A DNA stretch of 64,000 bases from Bacteroidetes bacterium UBA3022 (GTDB lineage: Bacteria; Bacteroidota; Bacteroidia; Chitinophagales; BACL12): assembly GCA_002346225.1 (NCBI GenBank), contig DDYY01000079.1, positions 90,588 to 154,587 of the forward strand, given 5' to 3'. Position numbers and translations under genes: made by a program. Within the stretch, counting starts at the first letter, position 1. Each line of letters opens with the position of its first letter. This document shows, in pieces, positions 38,927 to 48,108 of the stretch. Below the pieces are notes generated by a model. That model saw only the letters and a program-made list of their open reading frames with translations. It was not told where the DNA came from and made no database searches.

Positions 38927-40369
38927 ATGGATATCCTCGGGCGCATCGATATACGGCGCATAGTACAAACCGGCAGCTTTCTGTTGCTGGCGAGTATACT
39001 CGGTGCCCTGCTAACCAATGAACCGCTTTGGCTGCTGGCCCCGGTGGCATTTCTTATCACATGTCAGCTCATTATCGATTTCCGTCCGGTATTCTACCTT
39101 TTGCTGCTGGTAACACCCGGTGCGCTGGAGTATCATTTTGAAAGCGGTTTCAGCACCGATATCCCTACGGAACCGCTGGAAATCGTCTTGATGTTCACCT
39201 TCATTTTTCTCGTAATACTCAAAGGTGAATTACTGCAAAGGAAGTTCCTGTTACATCCGGTCGCTATTGTCTTATATTTCCATCTGGGCTGGATACTTGT
39301 AGCCACCATCTATTCGCAAGACATAGTCATTTCATTAAAATATGTTTTGGCCAAGGCATGGTATGTCAGTGTTTTCTTTTTCCTGGGAGGTCATGTGCTC
39401 CGCGAGGAAAAGCACTTTAAGATCGCCTTCTGGTGCCTCTTTATTCCCACACTGGCCATTGTCATCAATACCCTAATCCGACACAACCAATACGGCTTTG
39501 CCTTCAGTGAAGTGAACAAGTCCATGTGGCCAATTTTTCGTAATCACGTGAACTACGCTGTGTTTCTCGCACTGATGTTTCCCCTGCTGTTTCGCGCTGC
39601 AGCATGGTACGACCGTTTCAGCTGGCAGCGGATGCTCATCAATACGGCTAAAGTCATTATTGCAGCGGCCATTTATTTCTCCTATACCAGGTCATCCTGG
39701 CTGTCTCTTGCCGCGGCACTCATATGTTACTTTTTGATACGCTGGCACATGCTCATGCCCGGCGTGGCAGCTGCCATCGTGCTGACCATTGCCTTTGTGG
39801 TTTATATGCTGCACGATAATACCTATCTGCAGTATGCCCCCGACTTCAAAAAAACCATTTACCACGATAACTTTTCCGATCACCTGGAGTCGACAGCCAC
39901 CCTGGAAGATGTTTCCAGTGCGGAGCGTATTTACCGCTGGATTGCCGGTGTGAAAATGATTGAAGCCAAGCCCGTGATAGGTTTTGGGCCTTCACAATTT
40001 CACGACAACTATCAGCCGTATGCGGTGAATAAGTTTACTACCTATATCAGTCGCAATGAGGAAAAGAGTACTATTCACAACTACTATCTACAAGTAACGG
40101 TGGAGCAGGGCTTCCCGGGACTCTTTATCTGGGTAGTATTCCTGGTAACTGTTCTGGCTACCGGGCAACGCGCTTATACGAGGGGAACTCCAGAACAGCG
40201 ACCGCTGACACTGGTAGTTACTCTATCCTTTATTACCATTCTTATCAATATTGCCCTGAGCGACCTGATTGAAGCCGACAAGATTGGTACGATGTTCTTT
40301 CTTTTCGCTGCGGTTATCATCAACCGGGACCTATTAGCGAAAGGCACATTAACAAAAGCAGAAGATTAG
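38927..40369 (+). CDS. O-antigen ligase/polymerase family (Wzy_C-type) membrane protein
   Basis: 480 aa polytopic protein. YTRSSWLSLAAALICYFLI motif followed by a large loop. Starts 1 nt after the wzz-like stop. Confidence 0.6.
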   Translation: MDILGRIDIRRIVQTGSFLLLASILGALLTNEPLWLLAPVAFLITCQLIIDFRPVFYLLLLVTPGALEYHFESGFSTDIPTEPLEIVLMFTFIFLVILKGELLQRKFLLHPVAIVLYFHLGWILVATIYSQDIVISLKYVLAKAWYVSVFFFLGGHVLREEKHFKIAFWCLFIPTLAIVINTLIRHNQYGFAFSEVNKSMWPIFRNHVNYAVFLALMFPLLFRAAAWYDRFSWQRMLINTAKVIIAAAIYFSYTRSSWLSLAAALICYFLIRWHMLMPGVAAAIVLTIAFVVYMLHDNTYLQYAPDFKKTIYHDNFSDHLESTATLEDVSSAERIYRWIAGVKMIEAKPVIGFGPSQFHDNYQPYAVNKFTTYISRNEEKSTIHNYYLQVTVEQGFPGLFIWVVFLVTVLATGQRAYTRGTPEQRPLTLVVTLSFITILINIALSDLIEADKIGTMFFLFAAVIINRDLLAKGTLTKAED

Positions 40370-41622
40370 TTAGTACGGCCCTTGATACGGAGGGTCATCA
40401 CCGTAATATCATCGCCAAATCCATTTTCATTCCTGAAGCGCATGATGCCGGCTGCCAGCTTTCTGTTGATTTCTTCCACCGGTTCTTTCAGATTGGCTGC
40501 CAATAAATTGCCAATGGTATCGGTAGAAAAAGTTTCTCCATCATCACTTTCCAGATCTGTCAGTCCATCGGTATAGCAGAGTATCGTTGTATCGTCTACA
40601 ATAGGTACCTGTCCCATCCGTACGGAAGGCAATCGCTCGAACATACCCAGAATGGTACACCCGGAGTCCAGCATCCTCAATCCTTTTTTGGTGGCCAGCA
40701 CAGGCGGGTTATGTCCGGCATTGATGTATTTCAAAATCCTGGTCTGGGTATTGTACTTACCCAAGAACATGGTAATAAACTTCTCGCCTCTTGTGTTATG
40801 CAAGACGCCCGTATTCAGCTCCTGGATAAACTCATCGATGGTAGGATGATTTTTTTTCACCAGTTCGCGCAGCTGTCCCTGAAAATTCGCCATCAGTAAT
40901 GCCGCACCGATTCCCTTGCCTGAAATATCTGCAATACAGAAAAAGAATTCCTCTTCATTCAGGTACATGAAATCGTAATAATCACCACCCACATTAATAT
41001 GCGGTAGGTACAAAGCGTCCAGTTCAACATTGTCATTCTTGGGCAGCTTATCAGGGATGAGCATGCTCTGCACCTGTGCCGCCAGCTCCAGTTCCCGCTG
41101 CATGGCTTCCTGCCGTTTCTCTCTGTTGAACAAGCGCTTGTTTTCGATGGCTACCATTACAATATTGGTTACCGTTTTGGCAAACTTGATTTTGTTGGAT
41201 ATGTCATCGAGCGAATCGACTCTGGGTTCCGTCAGAAGCAAATAGGCCAGCGCCTGTTCTTTGTGGTAAACAGGAATTACAATATCAAAAGATGAGAGAC
41301 CTTTGTTGTTGAAAGCATTCAGTTCCTGGAGCATGGTAATATCGTGAAAGGGCATGAGGTCGTGTTCAACATCAATCTCCATTTCCAGGTCCGCAACATT
41401 GTGCTCGGCGGCAACGCTCCACTCCATATCAAATGCTAGTAACATAAAACGCTCCACGTGCAACTGGCGAATAATCGTATTGCTAAATATTTCATACAAT
41501 ACTGCAGCCGGTTCGTTGGAATTGATGGCTATGGTAATATCCAGCAAGGTGTCCAGTTCAAGCTGTTTCAGCTTCAACTGCTCACTCAGAATACTCATCA
41601 CATTTAGCCCTGCAACTGTCAT
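40366..41622 (-). CDS. PP2C/SpoIIE-family Ser/Thr phosphatase with an N-terminal GAF-like sensor domain (RsbU-like)
   Basis: 418 aa. Coiled-coil linker, then PP2C motifs GGDYYDF, DISGKGIGAALLM, YINAGHNPP and TDGLTD. Confidence 0.85.
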   Translation of the reverse strand: MTVAGLNVMSILSEQLKLKQLELDTLLDITIAINSNEPAAVLYEIFSNTIIRQLHVERFMLLAFDMEWSVAAEHNVADLEMEIDVEHDLMPFHDITMLQELNAFNNKGLSSFDIVIPVYHKEQALAYLLLTEPRVDSLDDISNKIKFAKTVTNIVMVAIENKRLFNREKRQEAMQRELELAAQVQSMLIPDKLPKNDNVELDALYLPHINVGGDYYDFMYLNEEEFFFCIADISGKGIGAALLMANFQGQLRELVKKNHPTIDEFIQELNTGVLHNTRGEKFITMFLGKYNTQTRILKYINAGHNPPVLATKKGLRMLDSGCTILGMFERLPSVRMGQVPIVDDTTILCYTDGLTDLESDDGETFSTDTIGNLLAANLKEPVEEINRKLAAGIMRFRNENGFGDDITVMTLRIKGRTN

Positions 41623-41662
41623 AATAAAAGTGATTGCAAGTTAGCGATTATCCTTTTTACTT

Positions 41663-43060
41663 TCAGTTGCCAGTCTCCATGCGAATGTCAAAAGCATCGC
41701 GTAAACCATTGCCCAGGAGAAAAAATGCCAACACAAGCAGGGTGATGGCAAAGCCCGGTATCAGTGCCAGATGCGGATCCGTAATAAGGTTATCCTTGTA
41801 TTTGCTGATCATCAGCCCCCAGGAAGGTGCCGGTGGTTGAATTCCAATTCCCAAAAAGCTCAGTCCTGCCTCTGTAAGAATAGCATAGGCGAAGTTGGCA
41901 GCTGTGACTACAATTAACGGTCCGGTAATATTGGGAAGAATGTGCCGGATGATGGTTCGGCTGTTGCTGAATCCGAAACTGCGCGTGGCTTCTATGTATT
42001 CCATTTCGCGCACTTGCATAACCTGGCCTCTGACAATTCTGGCGATATCTACCCACATGGTAATGCCCACTGCAACAAATATGGTATAGTATTGCTGACC
42101 AAAAGCAAAAACGATGGGAAATACCAGCAGCAAGGTTGGTATGGCCCACAGCACACTCATGGCCCACATAATCCAGCTATCTGCAGGTAGCTTCCACTTG
42201 CGTTTCCCCACTTTCCATACTGGAGGATGCAACTTGTAAAAGCCCGCTGCAGCTCCGATGGGCACACCAATCAGCAATGCTATAAACACAGCGATGGCAC
42301 CTACAGCCAGTGATACTCTGATACCCACAATCATTCTGCTGAGATAATCCCTGCCCAGATCATCTGTCCCCAAAATATAGGTTCTGTCGATGGTGAAATC
42401 CGCTGCTGATTTCTTTGCTTGTTCCGCATTTTCGGGTTGCTCCACGCCCATATCCGTCCAGCTAAAGAACAATTGCTGTCCGGGCAGACCTTCTCCGAAA
42501 AATCGTTCTACATGAATCCCGGCTGTATCAGCATCCATCGATTGTATGGCTATGAGTCTGTAGGCTTCCTGGCGACCGGAAATAAGTTGCTGCCACCATC
42601 CCGCCTTAGCCTGTTCCCGTTCTACCGGCACCTGGAATAACCTGGCCTTGTAGCCGGGAGCCACAAAGGGTAATTCATTCACTTGCTGCGCAGCATAGGG
42701 AGAAGTATCGGGTGCAAAAAAATGTGCACCGATGAACAGGACTACTGCATATAACAATACAATTGTACCAAACATGGCTGTCGGATTCCGCACAAACCGA
42801 TCGGCAATGCGAAGGGTATTGGTTTGCGCTTTACCTCGCTTGTAGTAAGCCCATAAACCTTGTAATGCAGCAAGTGGTAACCGGTAAAAGAGCAGATAAA
42901 TCAATGCAGCTGCACCACCCAATCGAAGGACTTTTAAGGGTAGCTCAGCCGCCTGCCAACCGGAGGAAAAGCCCATCACCAGCAGGGCAAGCACTGCCAC
43001 TATCATTCCCACAACCAGCGACTGCAGACCAATCCTTATGAATACCTTCTTCCTTTCCAT
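41663..43060 (-). CDS. ABC transporter permease, DppC/OppC type, with a ~230-aa N-terminal extension
   Basis: EAA-loop region EYIEATRSFGFSNSRTIIRHILPNITGPLIVVTAANFAYAILTEAGLSFLGIGIQPPAPSWG. No ATPase, binding protein or partner permease occurs in the window. Confidence 0.85.
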   Translation of the reverse strand: MERKKVFIRIGLQSLVVGMIVAVLALLVMGFSSGWQAAELPLKVLRLGGAAALIYLLFYRLPLAALQGLWAYYKRGKAQTNTLRIADRFVRNPTAMFGTIVLLYAVVLFIGAHFFAPDTSPYAAQQVNELPFVAPGYKARLFQVPVEREQAKAGWWQQLISGRQEAYRLIAIQSMDADTAGIHVERFFGEGLPGQQLFFSWTDMGVEQPENAEQAKKSAADFTIDRTYILGTDDLGRDYLSRMIVGIRVSLAVGAIAVFIALLIGVPIGAAAGFYKLHPPVWKVGKRKWKLPADSWIMWAMSVLWAIPTLLLVFPIVFAFGQQYYTIFVAVGITMWVDIARIVRGQVMQVREMEYIEATRSFGFSNSRTIIRHILPNITGPLIVVTAANFAYAILTEAGLSFLGIGIQPPAPSWGLMISKYKDNLITDPHLALIPGFAITLLVLAFFLLGNGLRDAFDIRMETGN

Positions 43061-44181
43061 TCAAAACCTCCTATCAAACTTGCAGGAGCTATCGCTATGA
43101 TATAAATAATATGTAAAATCTGCATGGGAAGTATATTCCACAGCAGCTGTTCTGTTCTGAAAAAGCGGGCAACACTGTATGCAAACAAAGTATCTACTCC
43201 TATTTTAAGCAGAAATTGCCACATGGCGAGGTGCAGAAATTGCGGATGGAAAGCTCCGGCCATAACATTGAAAGCCAGCGTCAGATTACACAAATAGGCC
43301 ATAGCCAGGATGACAGTAATCCTTTTGTCTTCATAATGACCGGCTTTGGAGGTCCAGCGCAGTCTTTGTTGCCAGAAGGTACTGAAATCAGGAGCTGTAA
43401 AAGTGCGCACAATAGCTTGCCTGTTTTTAAGAAATCCCACCTTCCCGGGAAAGCGCTTTCCTATCTTGTGCATCAACATCATGTCATCGCCACTGGGTGT
43501 ATGCTTGGCATTGGCATACCCGTCAACTTCCAGAAACGCTGCTTTAGCGTACGCCAGATTAGCCCCGTTACAAAGATTATAAAAACCGTTATGTATAGAA
43601 GCCGCTGCAATACCCACCAGACTGATGAAATCAAGCGTCTGAAATTTTCCCAGAAAACTCGTGTCGTAAAAAAGCCCTACAGGTCCGGCAACAAACACCA
43701 CATCTGATTCCTTAGCATATTGCATCGTTGTAGACACCCAGTCGGGTCCCATTCTGCAATCTGCATCGGTGGTGATAATCCAGTCTCCCTTTGCCAGCTG
43801 CACTGCCGTTTCAATGGCAATTTTTTTATGCGCCTGTCGGGGTAAGGAGGGATCCATATAGTCGGCCAGATGAATCAAGCGCACTTGAAGCTTGGTATAT
43901 CCTCGCACGAGGTCAGCTGTTTTGTCGTCGGAAAAGTCGTCGACAATAATCACCTCCATTAAGCTATGCGGATATTGCTGGGCGGCTAAATCATCCAGCA
44001 GGTCAATGATATGGTCGGCCTCATTTCTGACAGGAACAATTACGCTTACCCGAACGCCGGGAATGGTATCCGGCGATTTGCTGTTGAACTCCTTCAGGGC
44101 TTTCCAGCCGAGATAAAAATAAAGTATCAGTGCTCCGTAGAGTGCACTGAGAATATATATGGAATATGTGTATATTATCAT
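43036..44181 (-). CDS. Membrane-integrated GT2 glycosyltransferase with the processive-type D,D,D,Q(R)xRW signature
   Basis: 381 aa. N-terminal TM segment, then VSVIVPVRNE, IVDDFSDD, TDADC and QQRLRW, followed by 3-4 C-terminal TM helices. Confidence 0.85.
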   Translation of the reverse strand: MIIYTYSIYILSALYGALILYFYLGWKALKEFNSKSPDTIPGVRVSVIVPVRNEADHIIDLLDDLAAQQYPHSLMEVIIVDDFSDDKTADLVRGYTKLQVRLIHLADYMDPSLPRQAHKKIAIETAVQLAKGDWIITTDADCRMGPDWVSTTMQYAKESDVVFVAGPVGLFYDTSFLGKFQTLDFISLVGIAAASIHNGFYNLCNGANLAYAKAAFLEVDGYANAKHTPSGDDMMLMHKIGKRFPGKVGFLKNRQAIVRTFTAPDFSTFWQQRLRWTSKAGHYEDKRITVILAMAYLCNLTLAFNVMAGAFHPQFLHLAMWQFLLKIGVDTLFAYSVARFFRTEQLLWNILPMQILHIIYIIAIAPASLIGGFEWKGRRYS

Positions 44182-44990
44182 TGGGGCAATAGCTTCATAA
44201 GCACAGGGTCGAACCTGTCGTCAATAAAATAGTGCCCTCTCTGAATAATATGAATTGTTGCATGGTCCACTCCTTTGGCAAAGATAGTAGCCACAGCGGG
44301 GGGAATCACCTCATCGCGTTCACCAAAAATCAACACAACCGGAATAGCGTGCTTATTCAGCAGCTGCCGCAATGCGGGAAGTTGAATCTGGAAATCGGCC
44401 ATAGACACCCAGGTGTCGTATAAACGTTGCCTTTTCTCCCGGGTATTCAGGTGATTGAAAGTGAATTTATGCAGCCAGGGTGAAATGATGCCCAGGCGGC
44501 GAAAAGCCTTGATACAGGCAAAGAGCCATCCGGGATGCGCTACAACCGAGTGGAAAATCTTTCTTCCCCAAGCGGGATATACTGCCACATTGTAGACCCT
44601 TTTGGTCTGAATACCATCGCTCGCCAGTAAATACAGCCGCTGCACGCTTTCCGGAAACATCTTTACGGCTGCCATGGCATTTTTGCCGCCCATACTGAAC
44701 CCGAGCAATTCAAAGCGTCTGATTTGCTCTTGTTCGAGCAACAATTCCAGAATAGCCTGAAGGTCGTTCTTATTGTAGTGGTGCTGCTCCCGCCATTGGG
44801 TTGCGCCGTGATAGGGCATATCCATGGCATAGACGGTATATCGGCTGCCCAGCGCATTCCTGAGCGCAAGAAAACTTTTTCCACTTTCACCAAAGCCATG
44901 AAATGCAATTAACACCTCTCTTCCACTACCAAATCGCAGGAAATGAATTGTTGATAGATTGTATGTAACCTGAATGTCGACCGTTTCCAT
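44178..44990 (-). CDS. Alpha/beta hydrolase
   Basis: 270 aa. HGFGESG oxyanion region, nucleophile elbow GFSMGG, C-terminal His (QRGHYF). Its stop overlaps the GT2 start (ATGA). Confidence 0.8.
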   Translation of the reverse strand: METVDIQVTYNLSTIHFLRFGSGREVLIAFHGFGESGKSFLALRNALGSRYTVYAMDMPYHGATQWREQHHYNKNDLQAILELLLEQEQIRRFELLGFSMGGKNAMAAVKMFPESVQRLYLLASDGIQTKRVYNVAVYPAWGRKIFHSVVAHPGWLFACIKAFRRLGIISPWLHKFTFNHLNTREKRQRLYDTWVSMADFQIQLPALRQLLNKHAIPVVLIFGERDEVIPPAVATIFAKGVDHATIHIIQRGHYFIDDRFDPVLMKLLPQ

Positions 44991-44992
44991 GG

Positions 44993-45023
44993 TTGTTCCG
45001 CCCGGGATTTCTGTCTATTTTTG
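44993..45023 (+). promoter_or_regulatory. Candidate carB promoter (-33 TTG, 20-nt spacer, -7 TATTTTTG)
   Basis: TTG at 44993-44995 and TATTTTTG at 45016-45023. This implies a leader of about 97 nt before the ATG at 45127. Confidence 0.45.
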
Positions 45024-45126
45024 GGCTCCGGAATGCAATTCAACGCAAAGGTAGGAATCTTCTTCATCCCGGCTCATTCAGCCCTCCCTTATTCCGTCCA
45101 TCACTTCTTTAAAGAACCATCCCATT

Positions 45127-47958
45127 ATGCCCAGAGATAACTCCATCCACCACGTGCTCATCATTGGCAGTGGTCCAATTATTATCGGACAAGCCTGCGA
45201 ATTCGATTACTCCGGCTCACAGGCTTCAAGAAGCCTGCGGGAAGAAGGCATTATCGTTTCGCTGATCAACTCGAATCCGGCCACCATCATGACCGATCCC
45301 GTTACAGCCGATCATATTTATTTGCGGCCGCTGACACCGGAGTCTATCAGGGATATTCTGCAGGAAAACAGGGATGCGGGCACTCCTATTGATGCAGTGC
45401 TACCTACCATGGGTGGACAAACCGCCCTCAACCTGGCCATTGAAGTCGATTCCATGGGCATATGGAAAGACTTTGATATCCGTTTGATTGGTGTTGACAT
45501 CGCAGCCATCGACCGCGCTGAAAACAGAGAGTTGTTCCGCCAGCTGATGGTGGAACTGGAAATACCCGTTGCCAAATCGCATATCGCCAACTCCTTTCTG
45601 GAAGGAAAAGAATACGCACAGCAAATCGGATTTCCGCTGGTGATTCGGCCATCCTTCACACTCGGAGGTACCGGTGGCAGTTTTGTACACGGCAAAGAGG
45701 ATCTGGATGAAGCGCTCCAACGCGGCCTTACGGCTTCACCTACCCATGAAGTTCTGGTAGAAGAAGCAGTATTGGGATGGAAAGAATACGAGCTGGAATT
45801 GCTGCGCGATTCGGTCGATAATGTGGCCATCATCTGTGTAGTGGAGAACCTCGATCCCATGGGCGTACACACAGGGGATTCCATCACAGTAGCTCCTGCC
45901 ATGACCTTAAGCGATCCCTGCTATCAGCAGATGCGGAACATGGCCATCAAAATGATGCGGGCTATGGGCAACTTTGCCGGAGGATGTAATGTGCAGTTCG
46001 CAGTTGATCCCTATACCGAGAAAATCATTGCCATTGAAATCAACCCCAGGGTTTCCCGCTCCTCCGCACTCGCCAGTAAAGCAACCGGTTATCCGATTGC
46101 CAAGGTGGCTGCCAAGCTGGCCATAGGATACAACCTCGACGAAATCAAAAATCAGGTTACCAAAAGCACATCAGCTTACTTCGAGCCGGCACTGGACTAC
46201 GTTATCGTAAAAATGCCGCGCTGGAATTTCGATAAATTCAAAGGCGCCGATGATACACTTGGTCTGCAAATGAAAAGTGTGGGAGAAGTGATGGCCATCG
46301 GAAGAAGCTTTAACGAAGCGCTTCAAAAAGCTTGTCAAAGCCTTGAAAACAACAAGATCGGACTGAGTGGCGAAAAGGGATTCTACAAGAGCTCAGAAGA
46401 AATCATAGCCGGATTAGGTTCCCCTAAATGGGATAGGATTTTCAATATCAAAAAAGCCATAGACCTGGGTGTTCCCATTAAAACCATCCACAACCAGACG
46501 CTGATTGACCGCTGGTTCCTGATGCAGATTCAGAACCTGTCGAAAATGGAAAAAGAACTGCGCCGCTATTCCCTGCAAAACATCCCTTACGACTTCATGG
46601 TGCAACTGAAGCAGTCGGGCTACAGCGATATTCAAATTGCCAATATAATCGGTAATGCCACGGAAGATGATGTCTACGAATACCGCCGTTCCCTGAATAT
46701 CAGGCGCACCTATAAACTGGTAGACACCTGTGCCGCAGAGTTCGAATCGAAGACACCTTATTTCTACAGCACCTTCGACGGAGAAAACGAGAGTGTAGCC
46801 AGCGACAGAAAAAAAATCATCGTGCTGGGTTCCGGCCCTAACCGCATCGGACAGGGTATTGAGTTCGACTATTGCTGTGTACATGGTGTACTCGCCATCA
46901 AGGAATGTGGTTACGAAGCCATCATGGTCAATTGCAACCCGGAAACCGTTTCTACCGATTTCGATATCGCCGATAAACTGTACTTTGAACCTGTTTTCTG
47001 GGAGCACCTTAATGAGCTGATTGACTTCGAAAAACCGGATGGTATAGTGGTGCAACTGGGCGGACAAACAGCATTGAAGCTCGCAGAGAAAATCCATAAA
47101 AAAGGCATCCCCATTATCGGTACCTCTTTCGAAAATATGGACATTGCCGAAGATCGCGGACAATTTTCCGACCTGCTGAAGGAACTGGAAATCCCTTACC
47201 CGGAATACGGCTCTGCTACTACTGCGGAGGAGGCACTTGATGTCGCCAATCGCATCGGTTATCCGGTGCTGGTAAGACCTTCCTATGTATTGGGCGGACA
47301 GCGCATGCGTATCGTCATCAATGATGAGGAACTGGAGAAGAGTGTTATCTCTATTTTGAAACACTTCCCTGACAACCGCATACTCATCGACCACTTCCTG
47401 GATCGTGCCGAAGAATGTGAAATTGATGCCATCAGCGATGGAGAAGACGTGCACATTATGGGCATCATGGAACATATTGAACCTGCGGGTATCCACTCCG
47501 GTGACTCAAGTGCCGTACTGCCGCCATTCAGCCTGAGTCCTTCGGTTCTGCAGCAAATGGAAACCTATACGCACAAACTGGCAGTTGCATTGAACATTCG
47601 CGGTCTTATCAATATCCAGTTCGCAGTAAAAAATGAAAAGGTGTATGTCATAGAAGCCAACCCGCGTGCCAGCCGGACAACACCCTTTATCGCCAAGGCC
47701 TATCAGATTCCTTATCTCAATATCGCCACCAAGGTGATGCTGGGAGAAAACAAAATCAAAGACTTCCAGTTTGACAAAAACCTGAAAGGGTATGCCATTA
47801 AGGAACCTGTTTTCTCCTTCAATAAATTCCCGAAAGTGAACAAGGAGCTGGGACCTGAGATGAAGTCAACCGGAGAAGCCATACGCTTTATCAAAGACCT
47901 GCAGGATCCTTTCTTCCGCAAATTGCAAAGTGAGAAATCCATGTACCTCAGCCGATAA
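45127..47958 (+). CDS. carB: Carbamoyl-phosphate synthase large subunit (short form without the MGS-like allosteric tail)
   Basis: 943 aa. Duplicated ATP-grasp halves (VLIIGSGPIIIGQACEFDYSG and IIVLGSGPNRIGQGIEFDYC), IEINPRVSRSSALASKATG and IEANPRASRTTPF. Confidence 0.97.
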   Translation: MPRDNSIHHVLIIGSGPIIIGQACEFDYSGSQASRSLREEGIIVSLINSNPATIMTDPVTADHIYLRPLTPESIRDILQENRDAGTPIDAVLPTMGGQTALNLAIEVDSMGIWKDFDIRLIGVDIAAIDRAENRELFRQLMVELEIPVAKSHIANSFLEGKEYAQQIGFPLVIRPSFTLGGTGGSFVHGKEDLDEALQRGLTASPTHEVLVEEAVLGWKEYELELLRDSVDNVAIICVVENLDPMGVHTGDSITVAPAMTLSDPCYQQMRNMAIKMMRAMGNFAGGCNVQFAVDPYTEKIIAIEINPRVSRSSALASKATGYPIAKVAAKLAIGYNLDEIKNQVTKSTSAYFEPALDYVIVKMPRWNFDKFKGADDTLGLQMKSVGEVMAIGRSFNEALQKACQSLENNKIGLSGEKGFYKSSEEIIAGLGSPKWDRIFNIKKAIDLGVPIKTIHNQTLIDRWFLMQIQNLSKMEKELRRYSLQNIPYDFMVQLKQSGYSDIQIANIIGNATEDDVYEYRRSLNIRRTYKLVDTCAAEFESKTPYFYSTFDGENESVASDRKKIIVLGSGPNRIGQGIEFDYCCVHGVLAIKECGYEAIMVNCNPETVSTDFDIADKLYFEPVFWEHLNELIDFEKPDGIVVQLGGQTALKLAEKIHKKGIPIIGTSFENMDIAEDRGQFSDLLKELEIPYPEYGSATTAEEALDVANRIGYPVLVRPSYVLGGQRMRIVINDEELEKSVISILKHFPDNRILIDHFLDRAEECEIDAISDGEDVHIMGIMEHIEPAGIHSGDSSAVLPPFSLSPSVLQQMETYTHKLAVALNIRGLINIQFAVKNEKVYVIEANPRASRTTPFIAKAYQIPYLNIATKVMLGENKIKDFQFDKNLKGYAIKEPVFSFNKFPKVNKELGPEMKSTGEAIRFIKDLQDPFFRKLQSEKSMYLSR

Positions 47959-47960
47959 TC

Positions 47961-48107
47961 ATGAGTGCAATTACCCTGATCATTGTGGTGCTGGTGCTGT
48001 GGCAGAAATTAGTGCGGCCGGCAGTTGAAGGATACCGAGAGGCGAAACCCCAGGCACCATCCACCAAAAAAAAGGTAGAGTACACCGACTACGAAGAGGT
48101 GCAATAG
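47961..48107 (+). CDS. Small single-TM protein (DUF4834-like), 48 aa
   Basis: Not in the ORF track because it is under 60 aa. ATG at 47961 lies 2 nt after the carB stop. Sequence MSAITLIIVVLVLWQKLVRPAVEGYREAKPQAPSTKKKVEYTDYEEVQ has an N-terminal TM helix and a Y(T/V)D(Y/F)EE(V/I) end like the small Bacteroidetes proteins I recall. Confidence 0.45.
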   Translation: MSAITLIIVVLVLWQKLVRPAVEGYREAKPQAPSTKKKVEYTDYEEVQ

Positions 48108-48108
48108 G

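Noticed and set aside
46414-47496. 360-aa ORF on the minus strand inside carB
   Set aside because: It lies entirely antisense to a carB sequence that matches the family along its whole length. It has no recognisable motif and a composition typical of a shadow frame (F/V/I/D/R-rich). Long stop-free antisense frames are expected opposite highly constrained genes.
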